NCBI GenBank assembly: GCA_001179505.1
Contig: CDMY01000831.1
Coordinates: 189,004-253,003 of the forward strand
Length of the DNA: 64,000 bases
DNA from: Vitrella brassicaformis CCMP3155
Lineage: Eukaryota > Protista > Chromerida
Direction: 5' to 3'
Positions 49,501 through 62,507 of the stretch are shown piece after piece. The translations under genes and the position numbers were made by a program. Position 1 is the stretch's first letter; every line of letters starts with the position of its first letter. Below the pieces are notes generated by a model. That model made no database searches. It was given only the letters and a program-made list of their open reading frames with translations, and was not told the DNA's origin.

Positions 49501-50257
49501 CATATTCGTGCATTGCAAGCAAGTGACAGACAGACAGACAGACAAACAGATGGCTTCAAGAGGTGCCTACCTTTCTACAGCCATTCGACTCACGTGCAGT
49601 CTGATGTAGGGCGGTCAGCGCGACGAATGTTGCATTCACGGCATAACTGCACATAAGGTGGTCGTTCGAAAGAAGTAAGGGCGACAGCTTCGACACCGCT
49701 CCATACTCGAAGAACACATCTGCCAGACCAGGCGGCGTCACGTGTGCAACCCCCCCTTGAACAAGTCCGTATGCGGTGGGAGTCCTGCTCAGGATTAATG
49801 CCGCCGCTCTCACGACACGCTCATCGTTATGATCCAGCAGCTGCACGAAGGCCGTTGTAAGTAGGTGTATCCCCTCCTCGGTGAACGCCTCGGTGGCCCG
49901 AGCGCCGACTCGTGCCACCTGCACCAGCAGTTCGACTGCTTCGCGCGTGACGTGGCTGTCCTGAGTCTGTCCCAACAGATGGACGATGGTCCGCAACGGA
50001 TCAACATATCGCATAGCCTCCTCCGGGTGAACGCTCTCCGCTATATCCTCTGTGATGGCCCACAAGACTCTCAACTGCTGGGCAGTGTCATGGCTCTCCA
50101 GTGACATGGTCACTCGCCTCGAACAAATATTGGGCCGCCTCGTCGGCGCCATCGTCGTCATCGTCAATGAATCCATCTCCTCGTCGAAGTCAGCCGCAGG
50201 AAATGAGCCGGTCGGGGTGGCGATAAGGGCCAGCGCAAAGAGCAGGGCCGACAGCAT
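46501..50257 (-). pseudogene. Family copy C: paralog of B with a 1-nt deletion placing the RING out of frame
   Basis: MLSALLFALALIATPTGS; VSYAVDQGCVGVAC; TM WAPWVAGTLAVLLGLSALWRFVV; cgc att ca cag ctc versus B cgc att cag cag ctc at about 46771; intact RING codons lie in another frame at 46501-46770. Confidence 0.7.
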
Positions 50258-50992
50258 CGGGAGGTCCGATCAGCAACGAGATCAGCTGAGGGAAATCACT
50301 GCAGCCACGTTGCTCAACAAGACCATCGAATGGAAGGAAAATGGCATCCGGCTCATGATTTGGAGGAGAGATGAGAGCGAGAGATCCGAAGCGATCGCGT
50401 TGTGCGGCGGGGTTTCGCGAGAACAGGGCAGTTTTGAAGGCCAATTTGGCTGATAGAGAGGCGTCTGTGCCTTTCAATGTGGTTTTCGAGCAGCACCACT
50501 CATCCCAATCCCTTCGACAGCAGCAGCAGCGTGTGTAAACCAAGGCTTGACCGCTGAGACAGTCATCTAGTTCATCCATCCATCCATTCATCCATTAGGT
50601 CGCACCGCCACAACTCAGACAAAAGGCAGATCGAGGCCACATAATCAACCAACCAAACACGTACAGCCAGCCAGCCAGCCAGCCAGCCAAACGATACACT
50701 CGATCACAGCACCTAAGCTTCCGGCCGCTGCTGGCGGATGGCGACGACAGTGCATCGCCAAAAGGTAGCCACGGGTGCGAGGCCAGCCACACAATCAAGG
50801 CGACCGACACACAATCCCATGGACACAATCCATGCATTGCCTGCGGTGTCTGCATTGTGTCGTCATGCAGTTGATACGGTGATGTCGCCTCTGCGGCTGC
50901 GCCATTCTTCATTTGCACTGAACGTGTCCTTTTCTCGGACACTCACTCACTCGGCATAGCATACAATACTGTAGGTACGATATATAAAGCAC

Positions 50993-51012
50993 CCGGCCGG
51001 CCGGCCGGCCGG
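50993..51012. repeat. Self-complementary (CCGG)5 tract
   Basis: ccggccggccggccggccgg directly after tatataaagcac, intergenic between copy C and the DUF900 gene. Confidence 0.8.
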
Positions 51013-51219
51013 GCCGTTGGTTGTCAATTACATACTGACTGACTGACTGGCTGCACCTTTTTCTTTTCCCTTCTCTCCCCTCATCTGTCTGTATTGTATG
51101 TGTCAGCCTCTCATGCATATGCACTCGGATGCATGGGATGGACCGTTGCTGGATGCACGCCATGGATCCTGACGATGGCTGGATGGCTGGATGACCGTGT
51201 TGTGTGTGCATCACTCATA

Positions 51220-54200
51220 TCACCCCCACAGCGAGTGGATGAAGGAGGGCGCCACGCGGAAGCAGAAGACGTTGCCGCGACGCCGGTCGAGACGCGTCAC
51301 ACGGTCACGCGCGCGGCGTCCCGTCACCAATATCTCTCTGCCGGACAGACACATCAACACACACAGAGAGCCTTTCCTTTCCGTGCCTCACTCAGGCTGT
51401 GAGTGAGTAGACATGTCATTTGTGTTGTGTTGTCAGACAGACAGACCGCCTGACTGTTTAGGTAGTTTACCTACCGTATGTCGTCCACGAATTCCCTGTT
51501 GATGTTGTAGAAGCAGTGCCTGAGTACGTCGCTGTTGTGGTCGACGAAGGTCGTGTCGACGACGTCGATGTCTAGCCACACGTTGACGCTCTCACGGCCC
51601 ACCGCCTCAGCGCTGTCCACACTGCTCACACGCGAGTCGCGGCTGCCCTGCTGACCGCGGCGGCTCTCAATCACACGCACCTGCCTCTCCTCTGTCGGTG
51701 GCCTCTCCCCCCTCTCCTCTGTCGTGGCGTCATCTCCTTCGTCCACCCCCTCTATCACAATCGTGGTCTCGTCCGTGCTAGTCACCACTGCCGCGGCTGC
51801 CGCTACTGCACCCTCGGCTGTGTCGCCTGCTGCCCTCACTGTCCGCCCCTCGGCCACCAGGCCCTTCGGCCGCACGTGGAACGACTCCGCCGTGCCAGAT
51901 GCATAGCTGTCGACGGCGTGCAGGAGGGCGGCCCTGCTGTCTGGTGGAGGGGAGGTGCCGCCCGTGGCGTCCATTGGTGTGCGGGAGCCGCTGGTGGTCG
52001 ACGGCTTGACCGTGTCAGCCTCGCTCTGCCTGTTGCCCACACCCTCCCTCTCCCTGTCCCTCTCCTTGTCTCGTAGTGGGCCGGAGGCGGCAGGGGCAGT
52101 GAGTGTGTGCGCCAACAAGGGCGACTGGATGGCCCCCGAAGTGACGTCATCCGATTGGATCTGTGCCACCACCTGCCGCACACCCACAGGCGTGCTGGGG
52201 TCCTCAGACGCAGTCGCAGGCGGCCGTCGCGACCTGTCCCTCTCCTTCTGTGTCATGGTCTTCTCTGGGGGCGTGTCGCCATCCCTGTCGATGTGTGGCG
52301 AGAGGGGGGGCGGGATGGACGAGGCGAACCCGAGAGGCAGATCGTCGCCACGCAGCAGACGGCCGGGGTTCTCGATGGCCGTGGCGAGGGTCTGGGAGAT
52401 CCGCAGTCTGCGGGGCGATGGTGTGGGGGGGACTTGGTATGAGCCCAGGGGCCGCCTGAGGTCGAAGATGCGCTTGCCGAGACTGCGCTGCCGGTTGAAG
52501 ACCTCCGAAAAACCGAGAGCCTGACACACAGCACAGCACAGGGGAGGGGAGGGGGGAGTGATGAAGCGTGTGAGTCTGCGAGTGTCGTGGTGCAGGTAGG
52601 TACCTTACCTGGTCCTTTGTGTCGCCGTAGAGAGTGATGTGCGAACAGACGTCCCGCAGATCCTCATACTCCTGCCAGCCATACCCACCACACACATCCC
52701 TCTCTCTCCATGTCCATCCATCGATCCATCTCCCCAGCCACCCACCCCAGCCACTCACCTCTTGCAAAAACACGTCAAGTGGGTAATCGGGGTTCAGCAG
52801 CAGCACAGTCGCCACCTGCAGGCCGCCTTTATCCTCATTTTCACCCTCTCCCTCGCCCTCATCGTCGTCGTTGTCCTCAGTGTCGCTCTCCTCGGGGATG
52901 CCCTCGCCGTTGTTAACCCCATTCATGCGGGCGGGGGAGGGACATGCGTTGGAGTGGTCGGGGGTGCTGCGGTGGCTGCGGTTGGGGGAGGAGGACGTCA
53001 TGGCCATGCCGTGCAGGCCCATTCTCTCGCCGCGAGGACGACGTCGGCGGGGACGCTCGGAGGGCAGGAACAGGCTGTGGGGTGGGGGAGAGAGAGATAC
53101 CATTGAGGGGGAGAGGAGAGAGGAGGGACATAGTGAGTCAGTGAGTGAGTGTCGTTTGCCGGTCTGTGTGCAGTGCATGTGTGTGGGGCGGTGCGGTGGG
53201 TCATTAGTCCTCACTTTTCTTCGTAGCATCCTCTCATTCCGTTGAAGAAGGTCCGGGCGCCAGCGGAATGCGACATGATGTGCACGCGGCGCACACCTAC
53301 ACATCACACCACACCACCACATACATATGCAATGCAGTCATCTCCCCTTGTCATGTCAGCCACCGCACGCCGCACTTACCCTCAGACTTAAATGCCTTGA
53401 TGCATCTTGTGAATGCCTCCCGGATGTCGCGCGAGTGGGCCTGGTTGCGCGCCAGGGGGTACATGAGGGGCGAGAAGGGGCCGCTGATGTCCCCAGGCCA
53501 CGTGAAGACAAACGGCCGCAGGCGAGACGGCAGCTTGGCAAACGCCACCAGCTGCGCCATCTGACCCAGACCCTACACACACACACCATTCTTTTCCTTC
53601 CTTCATTCGTCCCACCGTGGTCTCTCTCTCGTGTCGTGTGTGTGACCCTCTCCCTCCCCTCGCTGACTGACCTGTGCGTGCTGCGTGTTGAAGCCGTGAA
53701 TAAAGATGACCACTTCCTTCGAGTCCCCGCCGAACAGCGACCGTGGGAGTGACCCGAGGGTGCGCTGCGACTGGTCGACCGACCGGTGCGAGTCGCCCAC
53801 GCCCCTGCCGCCCCCGCCCCCGCCCTCCGCGCCCGGCATATCGATGTCCTCCCTCAGCAACTCGATTTGGCCGAAGGGCGGCTCGCCCTCAAAAAGGTCA
53901 CTGTGGTCGTCAAGCACCGAGACGGACTCCTCGCCGTCGGCGTGCTGCATGAGCTCCTCGTGCACACGCGGGGACCTCTCGATCTCCACCCTCGTCTCCC
54001 TCTCCCTCTCCCTCTCTGCTTCAGCGCGTTGCTGCTCCTCTAGCTTTGGGTGGGCGGGGACAAGCATGTCAGATGAGAGAGGGGGGAGCATTCCGGCCTC
54101 ATCGGTCATGCCGGCAGCGAAGGTCCGCGCGCGCTGCTTGCTCCTTGGGCTCATGTCGTGTGCAGGGGCTCGGTGTGCTGCCGTGGAGACGGACGTGCGG

Positions 54201-55826
54201 GCGTGCTCGGGGGGGTGGCGGACAAACGACTCAGGCGAGGAGGACGGGTGGGACGAGGGGGTCTTGTACCGGGGCGCTACAGGGCCTTCGTTGACCTCCA
54301 GCCGGCCGTCGGGCCGCACACGGATCGAAAACACATCAGACAAACCTGCACAGCACAGCACAAACAGACAGACAGACAGACAGTCACAAACAGACAGAGA
54401 CACAGATCTCTCCAGCGACCCGACCCATGTCAGCAGTCAGTCAGTGAGTCAGTAAGATACGCGTGGTTGGTGGGCTGACCGACCGGCGTTGCTTTGGTCT
54501 TCTTCGCCGATAGTGGGGGGGATGCCGGTGAGAATCGACTTTCGCACACCAGCGGGCGATGTGCCGCCGCCCCCGATGGGCAGCGATATGGACGGCCGGA
54601 CACCCAGCCGCCCCTCTGGCTGGGTGGTGACCCGCAGCTCGGACGTCTTGCGATCGACGGCTATGATGATGGACTTGGAGGGAACGACATCCTCGACACC
54701 CGCTGGCACATCCACCTGGTCGCACAAGAGACAGACAGGCACAACAAAGAGACACGTCGGTGTGTGTGTGTGGGGGCAGGGGTGTGTATGTGTACCGACC
54801 GATTCTTTGAGCATTCTGAGGCACCACCTGAGTGTGCCGGCCTGTGAGCGCTTGGGCGTCTTGTGCAGGACGGCCTCAACCGCCGGACGATAGGGCCGCG
54901 GCGCCCTCAGCGGCTGACGCATGTCCACCTGCAGACATGCATACATCCAATCTATGGCCATCCATCGCCGCACCGCACACACAGACACAGAGGCCGTCAT
55001 TTCATCAATCTGTCTGACCGTGGGGTCGAAGTATCTGACAAGTGGGAAGTCCTGGAAGAAGCTGCCGGACACTGAGCACTCGACGGACGCGACGCCCCAC
55101 TCGACCATATTTGGCTTCTTTGGGTTGCGACAAGAGGCGTAAGCGATGCGGCAAGTCACGAAGATGCTGCCTGTACCGACCTGGGCGGCAGAGAGTTTGA
55201 ATGGACCTTTCAGTAAGGGAGTGCACACGAGTGCGGATGCGGTGTGTATGTGCCCACCTCCTGCGACACAAACGGGCCGATGGGGAAGCCGTGACACCAG
55301 TAACCCTGATACACACGGACACCAGAAGCATCCCCCCATTCAGAAGTGGGATGGGGGTCCTTTAGAGAGGGGGAGGGAGGGAAGGGGTGAGTGGAGGTGA
55401 GCCCACCCTACCTGCAGCCGTTCGCCGGTTTCAGTGTCTTCGAGCCACTCGCCATATCCGTCTGGGCGGCCCTCATCATCCAGCCCGCCCTTGTATCGCA
55501 GCTGATGCGAGAATGGCTGGTGGCTGCGACGCACACCTACACAAACACAACACACGGACGGTAGGACAAATACAGACAGAGATGCGATGCGATCGCTGCG
55601 GTTTGTTTCTGTGCGTCTGTCTGTCTGGGTCGGGTGGGTAGCTACTCACCTGGGTCAGCTGAGCACCTGTAGATGGACCTGAGGCACCAGGTGATGAAGC
55701 AGCAGGGGTTGTTGCCGCACCAGCAGTCGCTCGCACGGTCGTACGCAAAGTAGTTTTGCCGCCGACGGATCAGCCACAACGACTCGCCACACGGACACCA
55801 AAACCCTACAGCACAGCACATCACAT

Positions 55827-55874
<48 letters not shown>

Positions 55875-56913
55875 TGTGTCACTCACTGCAGACGCGTGCC
55901 ACCAGACAGCCACCAATTTTACCCCCACCTTGTGAGGCGATTCTTGGGGCGTATCTAATGATGAGTTGTGTGAGGACGATAATCACCAGCTGCGCCATGA
56001 GGTAGACGATGAAAAGGTAAAGCCCCTCCCTCTCGGACCACCCGGGCTTAGGCTCCTCGGTCGTAGGGTCCTCCTCAGGGTTCCACAACAGGTAGACGCC
56101 AACGCACAGTATGATCCACGCGTAAGAGAACCACATCGACCAACGGAGCGACAGGGATGTCTGGATACTGACCAGGTCAACAGAACCCATGGCAGGACAG
56201 GCACACAGACGCACACACCCATGGCACACACAAGATGTGACGTTTGGCTCACTTCACTGACTGGGGAGCTGAGCTGAGCTGACCGTCCCTACCGTGCGAA
56301 CATGAGGAGGAGTTTGATAACGAAGAGGAGAAGGACGACGTCCCTGATGATCTCCCTGGGCGTCTGCCCTATGCGGATGTAGACGCCCGCCCAGATCTTG
56401 CCATCCTGCTTCTCACCGCTGTCCGGGAAGGACTTCTCGGGGGGGGCGTCGAAGTACCCCAGGTGGATGAAGCCGGTCAGAATGAGGCAGAAGACCACCA
56501 CAATGAAGGTTCGCTTGTTCTGCGCCCGCTGCCTCACGCCGTGGTACTGACGCCTCAGCCGCCTGTAGTCCATCTGCATCAAGGCAACGCAACGCAGGGC
56601 AGGCACCCAGCAAACGGATCAAAGGAGAGAGACAACAGAAAGACGGACACAAAAGAGGGAGGCGTTGTGACTGATGATTCTTCTCTCTTGTGTCCTTGTC
56701 TTGTGTGGTTGGCTCACATAGTTGATTGTTGACTTGAGCCGCTGCGGGATGGGGTGGACGTAGTAGGGCTCTGGCTCGTCGGGCGACTGCACGAGTGGGT
56801 AGAAATCAAACACACACACGCACACACACACACACAAACCGATAGATACACAATACCCCTCCCTGTCATCTCACCGCCGCCATGATGTGGGGCATGGGGG
56901 CCACTGACGCCAT
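51220..56913 (-). CDS. Multi-pass membrane protein with MORN-like segment and DUF900-type alpha/beta hydrolase domain
   Basis: N-terminal TM helices; YKGGLDDEGRPDGYGEW..|GYWCHGFPIGPF; VVIFIHGFN, VFTWPG, nucleophile elbow HIMSHSAGAR, LLLNPDY, ITLYGD, DVVDTT..HCFYN; last exon EILVTGRRARDRVTRLDRRRGNVFCFRVAPS. Confidence 0.75.
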
Positions 56914-57779
56914 GGTGATGGGATGATGACAGAGAGAGGGAAGGATGGATGGATTGGATGTGTCAATCGACTCGACAATGGATACTAGATAGAGGGGACA
57001 GAGGGAGGGAGGGCCTGGCACGGAGGTGGGCGGGTCAGTGAGGCTCAATCAGACGATTGATTTTCGGAACGATGAGAGAGCAAGGGTGGTGGACAAGGGG
57101 ATGCGATCACAACCAACATGCCGTTGATGGTCTTCCCTCCCTGAAATCTTCTCCTTCTGCGAGCTGCGAGCTTTGAGCTTCCCGTCTCCAGATCTGCCCT
57201 GCGTTGATTTCATCCTCGTGATAGTGCATACGGATCCACAGACAGCAATCACAGTCACAATGCATGCAGCTGCAGCAGGCGAAATCCATTCATTCATCGC
57301 AATTCATTGTCTGCTGACTGACTGGCCGGGCAATGAGGTGCTCATTCATGTAGACAGACGGGCCATGGATGCATCCATATGTATATAATATATGACTCTG
57401 CACCGTGGGACTCTGAGTATCACGGACACACAGACGAGTGTTAGGGTTAATGCAAGTTGAGAGAGGTTCAATGCATCCATACACAAAACAAACAGACTGG
57501 CCGTCCGTCCGCTTGTGTGTCTATCTGCCCACCATACATACATACATACGTCACTCATCTGCACTGCCGACATGTTAGTACGGACGGACGGCCGTGAGAA
57601 GGCTGATGGATACGCAGCTCTCGTCGCCGCCGTGCAGTGCATGGGACAGACAGGGACGTGCAGTGGAGCGGATAACCCACACCGGCAGCACGCAGCACAG
57701 CACAGCACAGAATAGGGGACGGGGCAACACACACCTGTTCGTCTCATTTATTTGCGTCACGCATGGTCAATCAATTGAT

Positions 57780-59937
57780 TCATTCCTTTGCGGCAGTCTC
57801 AGCGGCGTCCTTCATGGTGTGGTCCTTGTCGGTCTTTTGCTTCTTGGCCCTCTCGCGCTGCTCTTTGAACGCCTCCTTGCCCTTGGCAAACAAGAGTCAA
57901 GGGCAACAACGAGTTGACCTTTTTGCTTGTGTGCTTGTTGTTTTGCCCTTTTGCTACCTTGGCAAACGCATCACGCAACATGTTCTTGCGGGCCAGGTGC
58001 CTACACACACACACACACACACACACACAGAAGGTGAGTGGGCTTGTCTGCCTCCATCCATCCATCCATCCATCCATCCATCTATCCATTCATCCACTCA
58101 TGTGTGTGGTGTGTGTGTACCTGAGAGCGCACAGGACGAATGGGACGAAGTCGTGGCGGCGCCGCGCATTCTCACGCTCCCACTTCTGCACTCACTCACA
58201 CATGCAGAAAGGCACTGACTGACATGGGTGCACGTGTGTGTGGGTGTTGAACGACCTTGAATTTCTGTTCCTCGTCGGCCACGACGGCCTGCAGCCGCTC
58301 TATCTCTGACGTGCACGACTTTTCAGCCTAATCAAATGCGTGGCCACACACACAACACACACACCTCCATCAATCCACGGCCGCGCCGTGTGTATATGTG
58401 CCTTGAGCCACTCGCTCGCCTGTTTGAGTGCCTCGATGTCTGTGGGCAGATCCTCGATGGTCGGGCAGCCGGGGGGGGCGGAGTCCTCATCCACCTGCAG
58501 GGAGTGAGTGCACCACACGGCACCACGCCACACAAACCAAGAGATGCGATGCATGTGCTGTAGGTGTATGTATGGGAAAGGAGCGCGTGTGTGCGTGTGT
58601 GGGCTCACTTCGTCGTCGAGGTCCACTTCCTGGTCGAACGATATCAGCTTGACCCGCACACGCTGACGAATCACACTGATTAATCCATGAGCACAAGAAC
58701 CACACACACCAAGACATCCATGTGTGGATGCGCTCCTCCTTCTCCCTCTCACTGACCGCTGCTTGTCGATGGCCTTGAGTGCCTCCTTCTTGCGGTCGCC
58801 CACGATGGCCAGGAGGTTGAAGCGGATCTCGCCCTCATCACCCTCACCCGCACGAGGCGAACTCTGATACCTACACAACACACCACAACACAACACAACA
58901 CAACACCCCACAACACACCCCACATGCGGTTTGCGATGCGTTGGTTGGTGCTGTGCTCACTTATCGATCCGGCGCTGTATCTCGGGCCTGACCTTCTCCA
59001 GCCAGTCATCCTCTGTGCCCTCGCCAACCTCTATCGGGCCCTGAAACACACACACACACACACACACACACATGCAGCCTCCCTCCCTCCCTCCCTCCCT
59101 CCCTCGCTCTCTCCTCGTCTCGTCTCGTCTGGTCTGGTCTGTGTGTGTCTGACGGGTTTGAGTCCGTCGAGTTCGTAGATTTTGCCCTTGAAGGGTACGT
59201 ATGAGATGAAGTGGAATGCGTCCTCCTTCTCGTCGTCTTTGTCCTGCACGAACTCGAACGACGACACCTTGTGGAACGAATTGTGCTCGCGACGCAACAC
59301 CTCGCTGTTCCCGATGGCCAGACCCTTTGTCTGCGCATCGAAGTCTGCCCATACCCACACACACACACACCCAGACACACACACATCGCAGGTGAGATGG
59401 CTCTGGTCGTGTGTGGTGACCTTTGGTGAAGTGTTTGAACTCAGTGAGTTCAGTGCCGACGTCGATCTCCGGCCGGTTGAGGAGGACCGATAGGATGGCC
59501 TGGGTGGCGCATGCGTTGGTGACCTCCTGCTTGGCGACTGTAAATAGATAAAGCTCAAGCAAACACAACTCGTGTATCAGCCAGCCCATGTATCTGACTG
59601 ATTTTAAGTGAGCTCACAGAAGAGGTCCCTGTCGGGGAAGTTGACAACTGGTCGTGGGTCTCTCTCCTGCCGCCACTTGAACAGGAAGATGAGGCCGCTG
59701 TCGAAACGACACCAACGGACCACACAAAGGGCATTCATTAATGAGTTGGTGCGACTGACTCATTGATCAGCTGTTCTGCACTCACTAGACTTGGCTGAGT
59801 GAGAGGTCGGTGAATGCTGTGTCGTCGAGGCTGTAGACCTCCTCAAACTGCAGGTCCTTGACGCCTATCTTCTGCACCAGCTCCGTGAACACACCAGGGT
59901 CGCTCTCAATCGTGCACCAGCTGTTGGGACCCTCCAT
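57780..59937 (-). CDS. UCHL5: Ubiquitin C-terminal hydrolase UCH37
   Basis: [22 protein letters not shown], catalytic [29 protein letters not shown], and C-terminal ULD-like [15 protein letters not shown]. Confidence 0.92.
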
Positions 59938-60337
59938 CGCAGGCAGATCTAGTAGACGTGCTGACTTCCCCTGTCCAACGCCTCGCCTGACAGACAGACA
60001 GTCAGCCACAGAAAGCGATCTCGAACACGTGTTCCCTGGCTTGGCATGTGCTGTGGTTGGATGATGCACCTTGCAGTCTAGTCGCTGCGGACGGCCACTA
60101 GAGGGGCCTGCCGTGTATGCACGCAGGTGTCTGATGTGATATGCTGCCAGTGATCTCTCACCCACCCGCCGAGTGTCCGAGTGTGGCTGTGAGTGACAGC
60201 GACACGTGATATGCCGCCTGCACATACACTTGCGCTTTAGATCTGCAGGGTTCGGGTTTCAGGGTTCAACCGTTTTGAACCCGGTACACGAGGTGGTCTT
60301 GGCTGCGCAAGAGGTGGTTGCTGGCCGTGTGTTGCTG

Positions 60338-62507
60338 ATGAGTGAGGTGTCAAAGCGGCAGAGGCGTCCCGCGGAGGGAGAGAAGGATGACTTGGAAGAG
60401 GGACACAAGAACGCCGCGGCATCGCACAGCATAGACTTAGAGGCCTTTGCACAGCGCTTCAGCCAAATCGTATGACAATGGGAAGGGAGGCGGGGGGGGA
60501 TGAAGGGAGACAGACTGGGATAGAGGGAGGGAACTTTGCCAGATGCAGCCACCAAACCACTGGCAAACACACGGATCTCATTGTCTCCTCTCTCTGTGTG
60601 GTGTGTGCTGTCCACTCAGCCTGTGGTCGTTGCCTACGTCTTCTCGTTCCTATCGCTTCATTTGGTGGCGGCGCTGCCCCGAAGGCTTTGGCGCCACGTC
60701 GGCTGCCAGATCACCCAGCTGGTCGTGGGCGCCTACGACACGGCCGAGCGGCGCTTCTGGTGCGGCCTGTCCTTCAGCGATGCCTTCGAGTGGGGCCGGC
60801 AGCTCACACGGCTCGAGTCCATTATCGTGGAGTACCCCAGAGGCCTCTTCATTCAAAGGTCCACTCCTGCTGGGCGGCCATACGGTTGTGACAGCCGAAC
60901 TCTGCCCCAGATGAGCGACAAGGCCGTCACGGCTTTGGTGGAGGGGCACAGCGAGGGGCAACCGTCACGTCCCACAATCGGGCAGCTCCACTACAGCGAG
61001 GGCAAGACAGTGACCATCAGCGAAGACGAGTATCGCTACATCCGAGCTGAGAGAGAGCAGTGTGCGACCCTTCCCCTCGACCCCGCCCTCACCCTCACAT
61101 CCATCACATCCATCACAGGCATCCCCACCCTCTGTCCCGGCCGCGGCCGCCACTGGCAGCTGCCGTCACTCGAGAGGGTGCAGATTGAGGGGCCGGTGGG
61201 GGCGCAGATGCTGGGGGAGGTGGTGGCTACGTCACGGTGCCTGAAGCAGCTGCAGGTGGAATGCACTCCTGACGTCATGGCGGACTCGCTGAGGTGCATC
61301 CCTGTGACAGCTGATGGCAAGTCGGGGCCGCTGTCGCAGCTGGAGGACATTGGAACCCTCAAAGTGTTTACCTGGAGAGCTGCGGGTCTGGAGCGCCTTC
61401 AGGTGTGCGACGACAAGATACACAAGATCAGAGCGAGAGCTCGCTTGCGAGATGCGTGTGTCCTTGTGCAGGCCGTGCTTGTCGACCGTGGCTGCCGCGC
61501 CATCAAGGAGCTAAGCGTCGACTTGGGGGAAGCAGAGATCGACGGCAATATGTTCAAGACCCTCTCGGCCATCGACACCTTCACACGCACCGTGTGTGTG
61601 AGCCCCGGTATCCCTGTCGACATCAAAGTCAACGGCCGCTTCAACCTGTCGCTCGTGTGTGAAGTCCCCACCCGCCCCGCCCCCTCATTCTTCGTGCAGA
61701 AGCACATCCAGCAGCTGGCCGCCAAATCCCTCAGGGCGTCCTTCAGCCTCCGTCCCCGCCATCTCACCACCCCTCTGGACACACCCAGCACCGCTGCCAT
61801 CGCCCTCGCAGAGTGCCTGACATTCCCTGAGGTGCGGGATGTGGTGATCACAAAGTCGCACGACTGGGGACCTGACGCTGACGCTGAGCAGCCGGACCCA
61901 GTTATGATCGATAGCATGGCCAACAACGCATTCCCCGCCGCTTCGTCACTGTCCGTGCATACCTGCAAGGGGCACGTGATTGCGCGCAGGCTGCTAAGCA
62001 AGATGCCGGCGGTCAGACGGATTGAGCTGACGCACCCGACAGAGGAGCAAGCGGTGAATGTCCTGCAGACGGTGGGCGGGGAGAGAGAGCTGGAGTATTT
62101 TCATGCCACTTGGGTCAAGGGTGTGGGCGTGGGGGGGGTTACGTGGGGAGACATGACCGACCAGCTGCCGGCCATCGAACGGCTCTTTACTACCATAGAA
62201 GGTGACAAACAATTAACCGCCTGCATTCGCATACCAACCATGCCATGTATGCTGTCCGTGTGCAGCGCCTGAGGACTTGGGCGATGGCGATGCTGCTGGC
62301 GAGTTCGGCATTACGTGTGTCAAAACGCTGCTCAAGTTCCGAGGCCTCAAAGGGCTCGACTTTCGGTCAGAGCCGTCCGATGCCTTCAAGCGATTGGTGG
62401 ACGAGCGAACCAATGGCAACGCCATCGATGGGCTGGAGGGACGGTATGACATCAGCTGGCGGGGAAATCAGAGAGATTTCCTTACTCTCAAACGGCTTGA
62501 CACCTAA
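60338..62507 (+). CDS. Lineage-specific F-box-like/LRR-like multicopy family protein
   Basis: VVVAYVFSFL..RRLWRHV..RRFWCGLSFSDAFEWGRQLTRL, WQLPSLERV, GPLSQLEDIG, LERLQ|AVLVDRGCRAIKELSV; GT-AG introns; terminal exon ends TLKRLDT*. Confidence 0.65.

Noticed and set aside
1132-59937. Functional ubiquitin-pathway gene cluster (5 RINGs + PUB + UCHL5)
   Set aside because: The five RING genes are one duplicated family, so only three independent loci remain, which is compatible with chance.
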